DNA of 62,422 nt, counting the filler, from Jimgerdemannia flammicorona (Eukaryota): assembly GCA_003990765.1 (NCBI GenBank). It is 3 parts of 3 records of this genome, joined end to end, with 100 filler letters (N's around TTAATTAATTAA, not from the genome) between each part and the next. Parts side by side here need not be neighbours in the genome. Positions count along the whole stretch, not along the records: positions 1 to 20,751 come from RBNJ01001596.1; positions 20,852 to 41,587 come from RBNJ01001597.1; 1 more part is not named here. One strand, 5' to 3'. Shown piece by piece: positions 10,482-24,500 of this stretch (its first letter is position 1; each line of letters begins with the position of its first letter). A model generated the notes under the pieces. The model did no database searches. It was not told the origin of the DNA and saw only the letters and a list, made by a program, of their open reading frames with translations. The position numbers and the translations under genes are program-made.

Positions 10482-13350
10482 GTCACATGGACTTCCATTT
10501 ATTACCACTTTGTCTAATACTATCTCCACCCGCCCACCACTCTGTTCACAGATCCCTTCCACCAGGCAGTGACATTGCCCACCCTGTAGACCCCAGCCAA
10601 TCCACCAACCAGTCATCAGATCTCCCAACAACCCCTCCCATCTTAACAATTTCTCCTACATACCCATCTGTCACCCTTTCTCAAAAACAAAGAGCCAATG
10701 TCCAGCCAACCCTACCCACACTGCTATAACCCACCCTACAGTGAGCCACCCATTGCTGACACCTCCCACTAGTCTAGATTGCAAATCCTCCCAGCAACCT
10801 CTCACTCCATCTGGCCTCCTCTCTATACCTAGCCAGTCTCCTATAGCTAATCAAAAGTCCTCCAAAACCTCATATTCTCCCAGCCAATGTTCTGGCATTT
10901 GCACCAATCCCCCAACTTGCCCTACATTATAACACTCCTCACAATCCAGTCAGCCACCATCTACCAGATGTCCAGCATAGAAATTCAACATGATATTCCT
11001 CTATAATATCTATCACTATACTACCCAGAACTTGGAAGGGAGCCACCTCTGCACCTCAGCACTCCAAAACCAGATTCCTGCTCAGTCCCACTCCTCACCA
11101 ATCCTCACTGCCTGCCAACTTCTCAGCCAAAGATCCTGGCCAAGTCCTTGCTGATACTCCACACCATTACCAAAATCAAATTTAATAAGCAGAGCCTCCA
11201 CCAGAAGTAGTTGGTTCCGTTGCCATATAGCTGGGCCCCACACTATCTCTCTCTCATTGCCTCACTAGTGCAGACTTATCTGGTGCACTCCATCTGCTAC
11301 CCCCTACCGGAAACCCTTATACTGTAGTTGTTGGCTTCTATTTAAATCTATCAGAGAGAGCAAATCCCCAGAGGACCCCTGAGGGGAGAATCTCATCTCC
11401 CACACCTTCTGCATCAGTAGTACCCAACCTCCTCCTTATAGTTCAATAGCTCTTTTCAACCACCAAGCTTGCAGGCAGTATAGCTACTTAGAGAAATCCA
11501 CCAGGCCTAGTCCTCCCCTAATTACTAGTATCATAAGAGTATCCCAACTGATCTGGGCTCTCCTCTCTGCCCAAATCCAATCCCTAGTCAGTTTCATCAG
11601 CCTCTTCACCACCCAGGCCAGAAAGTCCAAGTGATAGACCACATACTATAGCTTGGAGAACCAGTAGATATTCAGAATCGACATCCACTCTACCAGGGAG
11701 ATATGATGACCCCCCCAATCTCTAAGAGTCTCCCCCCAAATGGCCACCCTCCTCTCTCACCATACTTATGGTAGAACAGATCCATATACAGAAAGGAAGA
11801 TGCCCAGGTACTGCACCACCTCTCCTATAGGGACAATTGTTCCAACAATGTCCCCTCTCACTAGCTCATTCTCCAACACCATCATCTCACACTTATGCTA
11901 GTTGAGTTTTGCCCCAGAGTGTACTTCATACCATTCTACTGTTTCCTTAAGCACCTCTATGTCTGCTACCAATCCAAGTCCAACTACCATATCATCTACA
12001 AAGGCCCCCACCTTCCACACCACACTGTATATAGAGAGCTCTGCTACTCTCTGATATATTCTATCTATCAAAGGTTCTAATGAAAGGGCATAAAGGATAG
12101 GAGACAGTGGATCTCCTTATGGAACTCCTCTTTCCAATGGAAATACCAAACCCCTGTGACTATTACACATTAGTACTGCCCTGCTACTCTCTAATAAATT
12201 TACCATAGAGGCCTGAAACTGTGGTGGGATACCAATTCTATCCAGCACCTTACCTAGCCATACCCACCAAACATGGTCATAGGCCTTCTCCTGGTCCAAA
12301 AAAACTAGTCTACCATCCAATTTACAAGCTCAGACTCTCTCGATGATACCATATACCCAGGCAGTCCTATCTCTTATAAGCCTGCCTCTTACAAAACCCT
12401 GCTGCTCCTCACCCAGCACCTGTTGGGCAACTTTCTGTAGCTGCACAATAACCACCTTAGTCACCAACTTCCTATCTATATCCAGAAGTATGATCAGTCT
12501 CCAGTTTATCCAGTTCTCCTGCCTCCTCTTGTCTTTATACAATAAGGTCACCAGCCCTAAGTCCTGCTCTCCAACCCACTTACCATTCAGAAGAACTTAG
12601 TTACAGAGAGAAGCCATCTCTCCTAATACCCCAGGGACCCTTGCTATCTTCTTTCAGAAGTCCCAAGGTAGTCCATCCTCTCCAGGTACTGTTCTAAGTT
12701 TAGTTGTTGCAAGGACTTACTGGATCTCCTCCTCTTGAACCAGTAAGATCAAGTCATCAAGCCCCTCTACTTGTGGTAGCTCCCACTCTTCCAGTGCATC
12801 TTCAATTACCTCCTCATCAGCACTCCCTACCTCTTTACTCTATAGATCCTGCCATCTCTCCTTCAATACCCCCAATATCTGTTGTATGCTATGTAGTGCT
12901 CCCAACAAATTGAATCAAATTGAATTTGGCCCAAACTCAATTCGATTCAATCAAATCAAGGGTCCAATTCAATTTGATTCGAATCAAATCAAAGGTCCAA
13001 TTCAATTTGAACTTTGATTCGAACCTTAATTTTCAAAATATAATAACTTGATGAAGACTCATCCATATTTAACATATTTTAGCCTGTTAGATTCACCATA
13101 TTAATATAATTCTAACAAGCTAAAGTATGTTAGATTTGGATGAGTTTACGCTGAGTTATTATATTTTGAAATTTAGGGTTTGAATCAGACCCTCAATTCG
13201 ATTCAACTTTTGATTTGATTCGAATTGATTCGAATTGAAAAATCCCCAATTCGATTTGACTCATTTAACCCTTAATTCGATTTGATTTGAATTGATTTGA
13301 CTCATTTGGGAGTACTAGTGCTATGTACCATATCTCTCTCAGCACTCAAG
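10448..13350 (-). mobile_element. Degenerate L1/Tx1-like LINE abutting or nested in the previous copy, interrupted by a MITE
   Basis: Poly(T) 10448-10478 followed by atagtcacatggact. RT motifs NWRLIILLDIDRKLVTK, QQGFVRGRLIRD and FLDQEKAYDHV. Confidence 0.85.
12894..13317. mobile_element. hAT-type MITE
   Basis: Terminal inverted repeats TAGTGCTCCCAA...TTGGGAGTACTA. 8-bp TSD (a/g)tgctatg. GAATC/ATTCG subterminal repeats and an internal hairpin. Same family as 26921-27275. Confidence 0.85.
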
Positions 13351-14770
13351 ACTTGACCAGATATTCAGAACAATAATAGTAAATTCATTTGTCAAGAATT
13401 TTCTTGACTTTATACTTAATATGATCTTCAATAATCATAGGGATAGATAGCTTGAAAATTTGACCAGAGTAGGGTAGTGACTGATTTTAGATCTTAAGAT
13501 ATAATATATAAAAGACTGGATATACTCTTATGGTTTCAGATAGCTTGAGACAGTAGAAAGATATAGAGACTTGTTCAATAATCTTAAAGAGTTCAATATA
13601 CTTAGATTGAAATTTATTCAACAGATAGTTAACTTGAGATTATATCTTGAGGTTTTTAGTAAAGTGTAGAACTTAATCTCTAATGATATAGATGATATTA
13701 TAGTATTTCTTATTAGTATACTTGGCTTGATATTATTGGGTCTTCTGGAGATTCACAGTAGCAATCTTAAGTAGTTTATCTATTTTATCTATAATATTCT
13801 TAGCAGTGAAGACTTATATTTAACTACTTTTCTTGAAGAAACTAGACTTGCGAGATTTTGGAATCTTGACCATAGAGTAGCTAAAAGAGAGAAAGATCAG
13901 TAGATAATTAGACAGTATTGTTATATACAAATTCTATATAAGTCAAGTAATGGTCTCAATTATCTTACTTATAAGAAATATAGTTTCTGAGTATCTGTTC
14001 TAGAGTTCTGTTCATATACTTAGTTTATCTATCAGTTTGTAGATAAAAGATAGTAGACATAGCCAGTTAAGTTCCCAGAGTCTTGAAGAGAGTTTGTCAG
14101 AAGTAACTGGTGAACTTGGGGTCATGATTGCTGATAATTACTTATAGTAAACTATAGTGATAAAAGATAGACTTAAAGAAGATTTTTATAATTTCAAATA
14201 TAGTAGTATTGGTGGTAGTTAGTTCAGCAACCATAGTCTTGGTCAGATAGTTAATAAATATAATAATAGCATCAGTATCAGATGGGGTTTATAATAGTTA
14301 AGTTATAATGTCTATTGTAACTTATTCAAATTTCTTAGTTAGAATTGACAGTAGTTATAATAAACTGACTAATACTTAATTAGTAGACTTATTGTACTGA
14401 TAGAGGTCATAGCTAACAATATATATAGTTCTTGATTTCCTTGATCATACTTAGTCAGCAGTAGTAATACTAGATATTCTTGATAGTTTTTTCAATTTTA
14501 AGATAACTGGTAAGTAGAGAGTTATAGTATTCTTATAATATCTTATAGTATAGATTCATATTGTCAGATAGGTAGACTTTGTCTTGATGATAGATCAGAT
14601 TATTCTCAATAGTATATATCTTCTTGAGCTCATTCAAGAAAACTCTAGTAGCAATAGTATCTTCTTTATAAGCTTGTCTGATTTGGTCTAGAAATTCTAA
14701 TACCAGAGTGACTTATATAATTGTGACAAGATCTGAACATCTGGATAAAGTATCTGGTATTATAAGTATT
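13350..14770 (-). mobile_element. Ty3/gypsy integrase-chromodomain remnant
   Basis: Colinear nucleotide similarity to about 58650-60100, but more heavily mutated. Confidence 0.8.
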
Positions 14771-15199
14771 TTATTAGTATAAGAGGGTACTTTATTAAAG
14801 TACTGTTATATAGTTTTAGAAGAGTTTTCTGAAAGTTCTAGATATTCTGGAAGACTGTTTTCTTAAGTTTAAGATTAATTTTATAGAGTATATTCTCTAT
14901 ACTAATTAATTTTAAGATTAGATTGATATCTCAACTAAAGTCTCTTTTTAAACTTATTCTAGATATTCAGGATTTTCTATATTTAGAATATTCAAGAAAC
15001 TAAGACTAGCTCAATTGAATTGACATATTACTATAGACAATACCCAATTAGAAAATTTTGAGATCTAGTTAGAAGTGAGACCTAATATAGTATAGATTTA
15101 CTTAAGAGTAGTTTATGAATTATTAAATAAGTTTATTTGCTATTTATGATATTACTATTGGCTAATACTAGAAGTAGTGTGTGAAGAGATATTTGTATG

Positions 15200-16410
15200 T
15201 AGCACCAGCTCCTTTCTCTACTACCTTATCAGTCACAAGGTTTGGTAGGCAACCTTCTGAGTCCCCTTTCTCCTATTATTACCTCCTCTACCTTGGGTTG
15301 GTTTGCTGTACCTGCATGGACATGGTGGGAGGAGGGCAATAGTGATGAGTTGCCCTTTTATTGGTATCAGATTGGTGTTTTCTCTACTTTTTCATAGTTT
15401 CTGATATCTTTGGCTATATCTGAAGTACATCTATTTTGGTGTAGTATCTTCTTCCTTTTACCATCATCAATAAGATACAGCCTTGGTATGTTATGAGTTA
15501 TATAGGGAGTCAGCTGACCTTGGACATCAAGTGCTCAGTATAGGTTACCTGCAGGTTCTTGGTGCCTATGGTGGGGCCCTCTGGCTTTGGCAAGCTTCTT
15601 GGTGAGTATGGTTCTGGTGTAGGTGACTGTTTTTCAGATGTTATCGGGATGGGAGGGGAGATGGCCGTCACAGATAGGAGGATGGGTGATAATGGTAAAC
15701 CAGTGGGGTATCAGGCTGGGGGCAGTCATTAGGACTGGGGTGGACAATATTTCAGTGGGGCCTTTCAATTGGCTGGTGGGGGGTGGGGTGGTATAGGGGC
15801 CAGCATCCTGGCTGTATCCAACTAGAACCAGGAGCTGACATGGCAATGCAATCAAGGCCCGCAGGCTTGGGGAGTGGGGTCTTTCTCATTTGGCAGTACT
15901 CAACTGAAACTGGGAGCTGACATGGTAATGTGATCGAGGCCCACAAGCTTGGGGAGTGGGAGTGGGGTCTTTTCAGACCCTAGCCCATATATAAGTCCTT
16001 TGAGGAAGGTGCTATGTATAAGTTCTTTACTCACCTACTTTGAATCTACTTTGCTCTCTATTAGTTAGTTGGGGGGTTTTTTCTTTGTCTCAGGCTTTCT
16101 TTTGGGGTTTGGGGAACTATTCTTTATTCAGTCCTGGTGCTGCTAGATCTGACGCATAGGTGTACTCTTGCATGTAAATGATGATCCAGCTCTGGTGAGC
16201 AGACAAGTCTAGTCTATGTCATTGGGGTTGATGTAGCTAGTGTTTAACAGGCATAGCTGGAGCAGTGGGACTGCTAGACAATTTAGTAGCCTAGGTTAAT
16301 GAGGGAATATTATTTGGTGAGTGGTGGGGGAGGGTTTTGGCCTATATAGTCTAAGTTTCCTTCCAATAAAAATCTGCAGGACTATGAGTTCATTAAAAAA
16401 AAAAAAAATA
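15200..16410 (+). mobile_element. About 1.2-kb poly(A)-tailed retro-insertion with a 19-bp TSD
   Basis: gtgaag(a/g)gatatttgtatg at 15181-15199 and 16411-16429. Poly(A) at about 16395-16408. Internal duplication of about 55 bp. A similar 3' tail recurs at about 18151-18230. Confidence 0.6.
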
Positions 16411-17824
16411 GTGAAGGGATATTTGTATGAGAAAAGTATTCTTAACTTATTTGTCTATATTCTTATCTGAGATTCAGAGATTTGAGAGAGTGGGTATTTA
16501 TACTAATAGAAGGTTATCTAGATATTCTTCAATAAGATCACTATTGATAACATTATCTCTAATAAAGTAGTTATCTAAAAAGAGCAGTTTTTGGATTATA
16601 TCTCTCTATTCATTCATGTTGTAATATATTAGAACCATGTTACTGTCCTACAGAATGATATCATCTGTCTTATATACTGGATAGGATATTAGTGAGTAGA
16701 GAAGAGATATATTGTCTTTACTTTTATTGGATTTACTATCAGTATATCTTTGGTAAGTTATGGTACTATATTTTGCAGGGTTATAGTATGCTGGCAGCTA
16801 TTGTTTATATCATTTATACTCAGGAAGTGGGGTTGTTGGTTCAATCTTAAGAGTTGTCTAGAGATACAGTTATGTTCTCTAGTCTCTTTATTATAATTGA
16901 AATAATTAGATATGAATGTAGATTGATACTTATACCAGTGGTTATTATTCTAATAGATCTTTAAGATGGTTATGAATTGTTGTAAGTTCATCAGCAAGAT
17001 TGGTGGAGTGATCAAGATTCAGTGATTCTTAGCTAGAGGTCATATTAGTATCAGAGAAATCATTGTCTTTTGCTTCATCATTATCAAACCAAATTATATT
17101 ATAGATATTCTTTATAATATATCCAACTTGGGGCATTTGCAGGATATAGTCATCAGGGTATAAGAAGGATCTGTCTGTAGTTTGGGCATACTCAATATAC
17201 TTATAATTGAGTTCTTATACTATATTATCAATTTGGCTATAAGTTAGAATAATAATTATTTTAGTAGTAGTAACTCAGAGATAGGAAATAAAGATGCTGT
17301 ACTTATAAAAGAGTTCTCAGTATTTACAAGTAATGAGTTTCTAGTATTGAGACATTTTGATAATATCTATATCAGTAGTGGCTACCTATATCTTCTAGAA
17401 GATGGCTGATCTAATAGTAGCTTAAGATTTATCTGATTCAGTAGGCCTCACTAAGTATATTGAGAGCATTTAATCAGATTTCTATGAAATAGAGAGGTGC
17501 TAGACTATAGATATTCAGAGGGACAGAGGAGCTATAGCTTTATTGATAATGATATTCTAAATATCAGTACAGATGTAGTTATAGATTTCAGTAGTTATAT
17601 CTGAGTATATATTTGAGAGTTATAGTTATTGTTTATTATAGTTCTTCATTTTGATATACTATATATTAGATATATATACTTTTGGTCCTAATTAGTAAGA
17701 TTCTATTTTTATATCTCTTATATTCTATAACTTTAAGTTGACTTAGCTTTATGATCTTATATGTGATTTCCAAATTTATTCTGAGGGTAATGTGTAATTT
17801 CAGTGATTTAGAGATTGTACACTT

Positions 17825-18849
17825 ATAGCTAGACTTATAGATAATTATCAGATTAAAGGTTTAAAGTTTAGACTCCACTTGGCTTATAGATATAATGGAG
17901 TAGGTTGAGTATTGATATACTTGAGTGCTTGATAGTTAGTGATAATATCAAACTCAATATTTTCTAGATAGTATTATCAGTAGTCTAGTATATATAATAA
18001 ATATAAGAAGCTAAAGATGATTAAATTTGGACATATTTTCATATTTCTAAAAAATAGAATTTAAATTGGACTCTCAATTTAATTCAAATTTAATTTAATT
18101 TGAAATTTATTCAAATTGAAAAATTCCCAATTTGATTTATTTGAGAGCACTAGTCTAGGTTCTCTTCTAATAAAATTCTGTAGAGTATTAAGTCTATAAA
18201 AAAAATAATAAAAATAAAAATAAAAATAAAAATACTTTTAATATATTATAAGCTTTAAAAGTAAGATCTGAAAAGAAAAGAAAAAAATACCAAGATAAAG
18301 TTTAAGCTAAGTATGATAAAGTTCTATAATATTTTATAAGTTTCTATAACTAGCTAAAATAAGATATTTAATACTAAAAAAAGATAAAAGTATTTTAACT
18401 ATAACTTAGTACTAAGAAAAAAGTATTAGATATTCAGAAAGTATTAAAATATTATAGAATGATTAAGAAATAATAAGAAAGAGTACAACTAATCAAGTAA
18501 ACTGTTTAAAAATATTATAGAGTTAGTAAATAGTAAGCAGTAGTAAATAGTAGCTACATAATTTATAATATTATGCTTAAGAGATCTTCTAAGCTTTGCT
18601 GAGTAAAGCTATTCTTTAGAGCTATTCTTAAGAATACTAGTTAGCATTAGTTTGATAATAGTTAATACTATCTATTAATATCTGTCTCAGACCATGGACA
18701 TATTTTTGTTGAGCAATTGTATTTTGAAAGTTTGAATTTAAATTTTGAATCGAATTAGACCTCAATTCGAAGTGATTTGAATTTACATAATTCGATTTGA
18801 ATTCTATTCCAATATGAAAATCCTCAATTCAATTCGTTTGAGAGCACTA
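17825..18849. mobile_element. Mosaic of relics: gypsy RNase H fragment, two hAT-MITE right ends, LTR remnant
   Basis: 17825-18000 matches about 60105-60270. TTGAGAGCACTA termini at 18152 and 18849. About 18340-18490 matches the LTR sequence at 58080-58230. Confidence 0.65.
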
Positions 18850-19137
18850 ATCCGAATTAAAGGGAAACCCACCTCCGATCCTAAACACGACGTCTACCAG
18901 TGCAAAACCTGCCAGACGTCTGTCAAACCGCAGGATACTCCAGTTGTGAATGTTTAAGAAACATGTATGCGTCACTTGTACACAAAAAAAAAAAAAAAAA
19001 AAAAAAGGTGCTGAAGTGGGAAACTGGATGCCAGAATGAATACGAATTCGAATGGCAAAGATATCTGAAAGCTGCAGCTGAGGGGTGTAGATTTCTCTTC
19101 TATGAATGTCGATTTTCGTATGTCATAGCATCCTGAC

Positions 19138-19173
<36 letters not shown>

Positions 19174-19591
19174 GTGGGCTTTGCAACGAACCGAAAACTG
19201 AAAACACGGAGTACGTATTCTTCGGGCTTTGTAGCTTTTCAGCAGGCAACTGTATCGATTTGCTTCCCCGGTTCGCCGCGAGGTCGCAAAGTTTTGAGTC
19301 ACGAAGGCAGGCAATCCGTTTTTCGGCCGACCGAGGGAATGTTTTTTTGACATTCGGGTGACAGCTTCAGGGTCATGGCACTGTGTTCTCAGCACCGCCA
19401 ATCAGTCGAATGGGGTTTTTTCGTTCGGGAGTTGATATAAACCGTCTCTGGAATCTGATAAATTAGTTTCGTAAAGTTCGCCTAGCCGGATGCGTCGTCT
19501 ATAGCACATGGGGAGGTTACATAAGTTCGGACACGTAGTAATTATATACTTAAGTCCTTTTTCTCGTCTACCTTCCCCAAATTCACTCGCA

Positions 19592-20646
19592 ATGACCGCC
19601 TCCGAACCACAACCAGGCCAATGTGGCAACCTCACAGATCAGCAGGTGGCACACCTGAAGGAGCTCTGGGTCTTGATGCTGGACCTCTTCGAACAGACCG
19701 TCGGCGGGCCGGAACCCATATCAACCCTCTCCCCACACCTTGGCGGCCCCCGTACTCTCTCCCCAACGTCTTCCACATCCTCTCCCCCTAAGAAAGAAAA
19801 CAAGCCTATCCTCGGTTCCATGCTCTACAAGGTGCGACCAAAGCGAAACCAGAGCACCTCTACCCTCTCACCGCCCAACCCAGCCTCGCTCGAGGACTCG
19901 GGCGAGGAGAACGATATCTCCTCGAGCACCACGCCGACCACCAACCCTCTCAATGAAATCGTGGCACACTTCTCCGGCGCTCAGCTCCACGAAACATTCT
20001 GGAACATTGTGGGGACGGACAATGCCGATGGCATCCTGTTGCGTTTCCTGCGCGCACGCAAGTGGGACGTCCAGAAGGCGTTCCACATGTGCTGCGCTAC
20101 GCTTAAATGGAGGATCGACGAGCGTGTGGATGAGTTGGTGGCGCTAGGCGAGGTTGGCATAGCGGAACTGTTGGAGAAGGAGGATCCGGGCCAGGGAGCC
20201 GCGTTTTTGAAGCAATTGGAATCGGGAAAGAGCTATTTGGGTGGACCAGACAAGGGGGGACGACCCATTTGGTATGTGTCACATTTCCGTGTGGTAGAGT
20301 CGGGAACGTGAGAGCAATTGTTATGGTGGTGGTCATTAATGAATGGCTCCTTTCGATTTCTTCCCTCTTGTCACTTTTTGTCACAGTTTTATCAATGTCA
20401 GCCTCCACCACAAAGAAGACCAGTCGCTCGAGACACTCAAAAAGTTCACCGTCTACACCATGGAGACGGCGCGTCTATTCGTTGACCAGCCCATCGAGAC
20501 GGCCTGCATTGTCTTCAACATGACTGACTTTTCGCTTGCTTGCGTAGATATGGAGTACGTCAAGTTCCTGATATCTTGCTTCGAGGCCTATTACCCAGAG
20601 AGTTTGGGCGTGTGCCTTGTGCATCATTCCCCCTGGATTTTTTCCA
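19592..20646 (+). CDS. Sec14/CRAL-TRIO phosphatidylinositol transfer protein (CSR1/SFH-like), 3'-truncated by the gap
   Basis: Motifs PGQCGNLT, LLRFLRARKWDVQKAF, GPDKGGRPI and FEAYYPESLG...HHSPWIF. Exon 1 19592-20271, intron 20272-20386, exon 2 20387-20646. Confidence 0.92.
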
Positions 20647-20751
20647 GTGAGTAAATGGGGGTTTTTTCCCCAAGTGCGCAAAGGGAACACGAAATACATT
20701 TTAATTGCTTGCACGCATTATTTTGTTATCTCATACTCCCTTACTCCCCCC

Positions 20752-20851
20752 NNNNNNNNNNNNNNNNNNNNNNNNNNNNNNNNNNNNNNNNNNNNTTAAT
20801 TAATTAANNNNNNNNNNNNNNNNNNNNNNNNNNNNNNNNNNNNNNNNNNNN
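20752..20851. other. Assembly gap / artificial contig linker
   Basis: 44 N + TTAATTAATTAA (stops in all six frames) + 44 N. Confidence 0.95.
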
Positions 20852-21597
20852 ATGTGTACCAAGAAGCCTTCAGTTGAGGAAGCGCTCGCTTTAAGTAGTT
20901 GTAGCGGCAGTGCCTTATCTTTCAAAGGTCTTTCTGGTTTGCCTTCTGTTTCAAAGGTCTTTCTCTTGTGCCCTATTTCGAGGGTCTTATTCCTTGCTGT
21001 GCACAGACTGAATTCGCCTTGGAATTCAGGTTCAATGGGTTTACTTAAGTCTTTGGGGATTTATATACCGGTCTCAGTTCTGGCAGAAGTTAGCTAGGCT
21101 TCTGGAGTTTAGTCAGAAACACTAGAGTCACTTAGATGTCATTACTAAGACTCAGGGGAATGTGTGTGTGTGGGGGGACTTGATTCTTGTATCAAGGACT
21201 GAACTAAAACTGCTTTATTTCGGATGGAAACTGGGGGGTATTTATACAAGTTGGTCCGCGATTTCTGACTAAGTATGAGTGACTAATTTGGTAACTATAA
21301 TGAGGTTTGTGATCGCGACCTTTGTCAGGTGGTTTTTGGCAAAAACAACTTTGTGATCAGGACCTCAATTACTAGGCAATGATCAGCTACTGTGGCAACT
21401 GTTGCTGCGGCGCTGGCTGCGGCGCCAATTGTTGGGGGTAAGCTGGATATCGTTTTCCGCATCGTTTCGCATCATTCGTACTCGCTATTCATATATCGCA
21501 CTTCGATCGTATGGTGACGTCATCGCTCGCCAGGTCACGTGATCGCTCGTCGTTCATCGTTCGTCGCATCCCATCTGTTCCCTCGTTCGTTCGTTCT
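20852..21597. repeat. LTR-like repeat, CpG-retaining copy
   Basis: 20874-21373 recurs as a direct repeat at 41217-41587. TATA-like tgtataaata on the minus strand. Confidence 0.6.
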
Positions 21598-24500
21598 ATT
21601 ATACCACCTCTCTTGCATCCTACTCCCAAATGATCCCCAATAGTCTGCCAAAAGTCACTAAGTACCTCACACTCTTCTAGCCAATGTTCAGGCATTTGTA
21701 CATATCCTCCTTCTATTCCTACATTATAGTATTCCTTACAGTTGAAGCAACCTCCCTTGATAAGATGACCTGAGTAGTAGTTAAGCATTATATTTCTCCT
21801 CAGTATGCACCACCAAGTTACCCAGTACTTCAGCAGCATCTATCTCCTCACCTCAGCACTCCAGGCCCAGATGCTATGCCAGGCCCAATCTTCACTAATT
21901 CCAACATCTTGCCAACTACTGGGCCACAGATCCTGGCCTGGTCCCCTCTGGTATTCTATCCCATTACTAATATCAAACTCGAGTAAGAAAATGCCACCTA
22001 GCAGTACCTGGTTCCATCTCCACATTGCCAGGTCCCAATCCACCTCCCCTTCATTTCTCTGCCAACAGATTTCAATACAGTGTGCCCTCTCTGCCACCTC
22101 CCACCAGAAGCCTTTATATCATAAATGTTCAGTGTTCCTAAGCTCAACCAGAGATAGGAGATCTCCAGTTGAGCCTCACAGCAAGGACCTCATCTCTCAG
22201 ATCTTCTATAGTAGGGAAACTCAATCTCCCTCTCTCAACTCTATGGCTCTCTTCAGCCACCATGCTCTCAGGCAGTGAAGCCTCTTTGGAAAGTCAACCA
22301 GTTCAAGTCTACTACTTGCCACCAGTAAGAACAAGACCTCTCAGCTAATCTGACTCCTTCTTCCAGCTCAGATCTACCTCTTGGCCAGCTTCATCAATCT
22401 CTTCACTACCCAGGCTGAGAAGTCCAGATGATAAGCCAGATATCATAACTTTGGCAGCCAGTAGATGTTCAAAATTGAGACACACCCTGCCAGGGACACT
22501 TGATGGCCCCCCCAACTCTACAGGGCCTCTCCCCAGATTTCAACCCACTGCTCTCACCAAAGCCTAGATAGAACTAACCCATACACCAATAGATAGATAC
22601 CCAAGTACTGTACTGTCTCACTCATAGAGACAATCATTCCAATAACCTCCCCTCCTATCAGACCATTGCCTAACACTATCATTTCACACTTATGCCAATT
22701 AAGCTTTGCCCCAGAGTTCTTCTCATACCACTCTACTATCTCCTTGAGCTCCTTAATATCAGCAATCGATCCCAGTCTAACTACTATATTATCTGCAAAG
22801 GCCCCTACTTTCCACCCAATGCCAAAGATGGAGAGCCCCACTATCTTCTGCCTGATTCTATTCATTAAGAGTTCCAGTGAAAGGGTATACAGAATGAGGG
22901 ACAATGGGTCTCCCTGGGGCACCCCCCTACCCAGAGAAAATGCTATCCCTCTATGTCCATTACACATGAGTACAGCTCTACTCCCTTCCAGTAGGCTGAT
23001 CATAACTGACCAGAACTGATGTAGAACCCCAGTTCTGTCTAATACTTTCACTAGCCAGACTTGCCTCACCCAGTCATAAGTCTTCTCTCAGTTCAAAAAG
23101 ACTAGGTGCCCATCCAATCTACAAGCTTGCACTCCTTCAATAACTCCATGTACCCAGGCTGTGTCATCTCTAATGAGCCAGTCTCCTACAAAGTCCCTCT
23201 GCTCAACACCCAAGATTTGCTGGACCACTTTTTGTAACCTCACAACCACCATCTTAGTAACCAACTTTTTATCCATATCCAGCAACATAATTAGTCTCCA
23301 GTTCTTCCAGTCCTCTTGCCTTCCTTTGTTCTTGTAAAGCAATGTCACCAACCCCAGATCCTATTCTCCCACCCATTTCCCTGTCTGTAGAATAAAATCA
23401 CACAGTGCTGTCATCTCACCCAGTACTCCTGGGATCCTAACCATCTTTTTCCAGAAGTCCCAGAGCAAACCATCCTCCCCAGGCACCACACCCAGCAATG
23501 TTGTAGTAAGAACCTGGTGAATCTCCTCTTCTTGTATAGATAGCACTAAGTCTCTCACTCCATCTACTCATGGGGGGTGACAATCCTCTAATGTGTGGCC
23601 AATGGCACCAGTGTCCACCCCACCCTCCTCCTCACTCCACAGACCACTCCAATGCTCCTTTAAAGATCCAAGAATGTCATGTATACCATGCACCAGTATA
23701 CCATCAGAGTCAAGCACTCCCTCCCACCTCTGCTGTATCCTTCTCACCTGAAGGACTCTCATGAGATACTTTGAGGGTCTCTCTCCTTCTTCCAAATTCT
23801 GCCAGCAGAGCCACACCACTAAGCTTTGCACCTTTGTCTCTTCCTCCTCCTGCAATGTCTGTTATAGTTCACCAACCTCCTTTTTCACCCTCATTGATCT
23901 CTAATTCTCCTTTCCCTCCCATGTCACCAGCCTTACCCAATCCTCCAAGAGTCTAGACAGTCTACTAGAAGCCCATCTCACCCATCACCTTCACTGTTTC
24001 CCAGCCTCCTTGCCAGCCTCACTCCAGTAAGTCCTGGCCATCTCTTTCATCCATATCCACTGAATACCAACTGGGGTACCTTCTCATCTCCAGCACTCTA
24101 CCCTCAGTTGAATATCTGCAGTCCACTCATCCCATTAGGTCTTATTATCTAATAAGGAGGAATTGAGGCACCAATGTCCAGGCCCATCCCCACTTCCCCC
24201 AAATTGTCCCTGTCCTAAAAGCCCCTAATAATCCGACCAAGGACACCATTCCACCTCCAGTGACTTCCAAATATCTAAGCCCTAGCAGCTGGCCATCAGA
24301 ATTCAATCAATTCTTGTCTCCAAGCCCCCTGCCCAATGCATATATACCCTCCTATCCCCCCAACACTCCCTACCCACATCTACCAGAGCACTCAGCCTTT
24401 CCACTTCCTCCCATACTGTCAGTTCTCTACTCTGACCCTCAGCTCCATGTCCTCTATCTGTTCTGTTCAATAATACATCTCAGACCATATTGTAATCTCC

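Noticed and set aside
16430..17820. Possible decayed gene or DNA transposon
   Set aside because: Too mutated to recognise any motif by eye.
20752..20851. TTAATTAATTAA palindrome within Ns (also 41632-41643)
   Set aside because: Artificial linker. Adjacency of sequences across these gaps should not be treated as biological.
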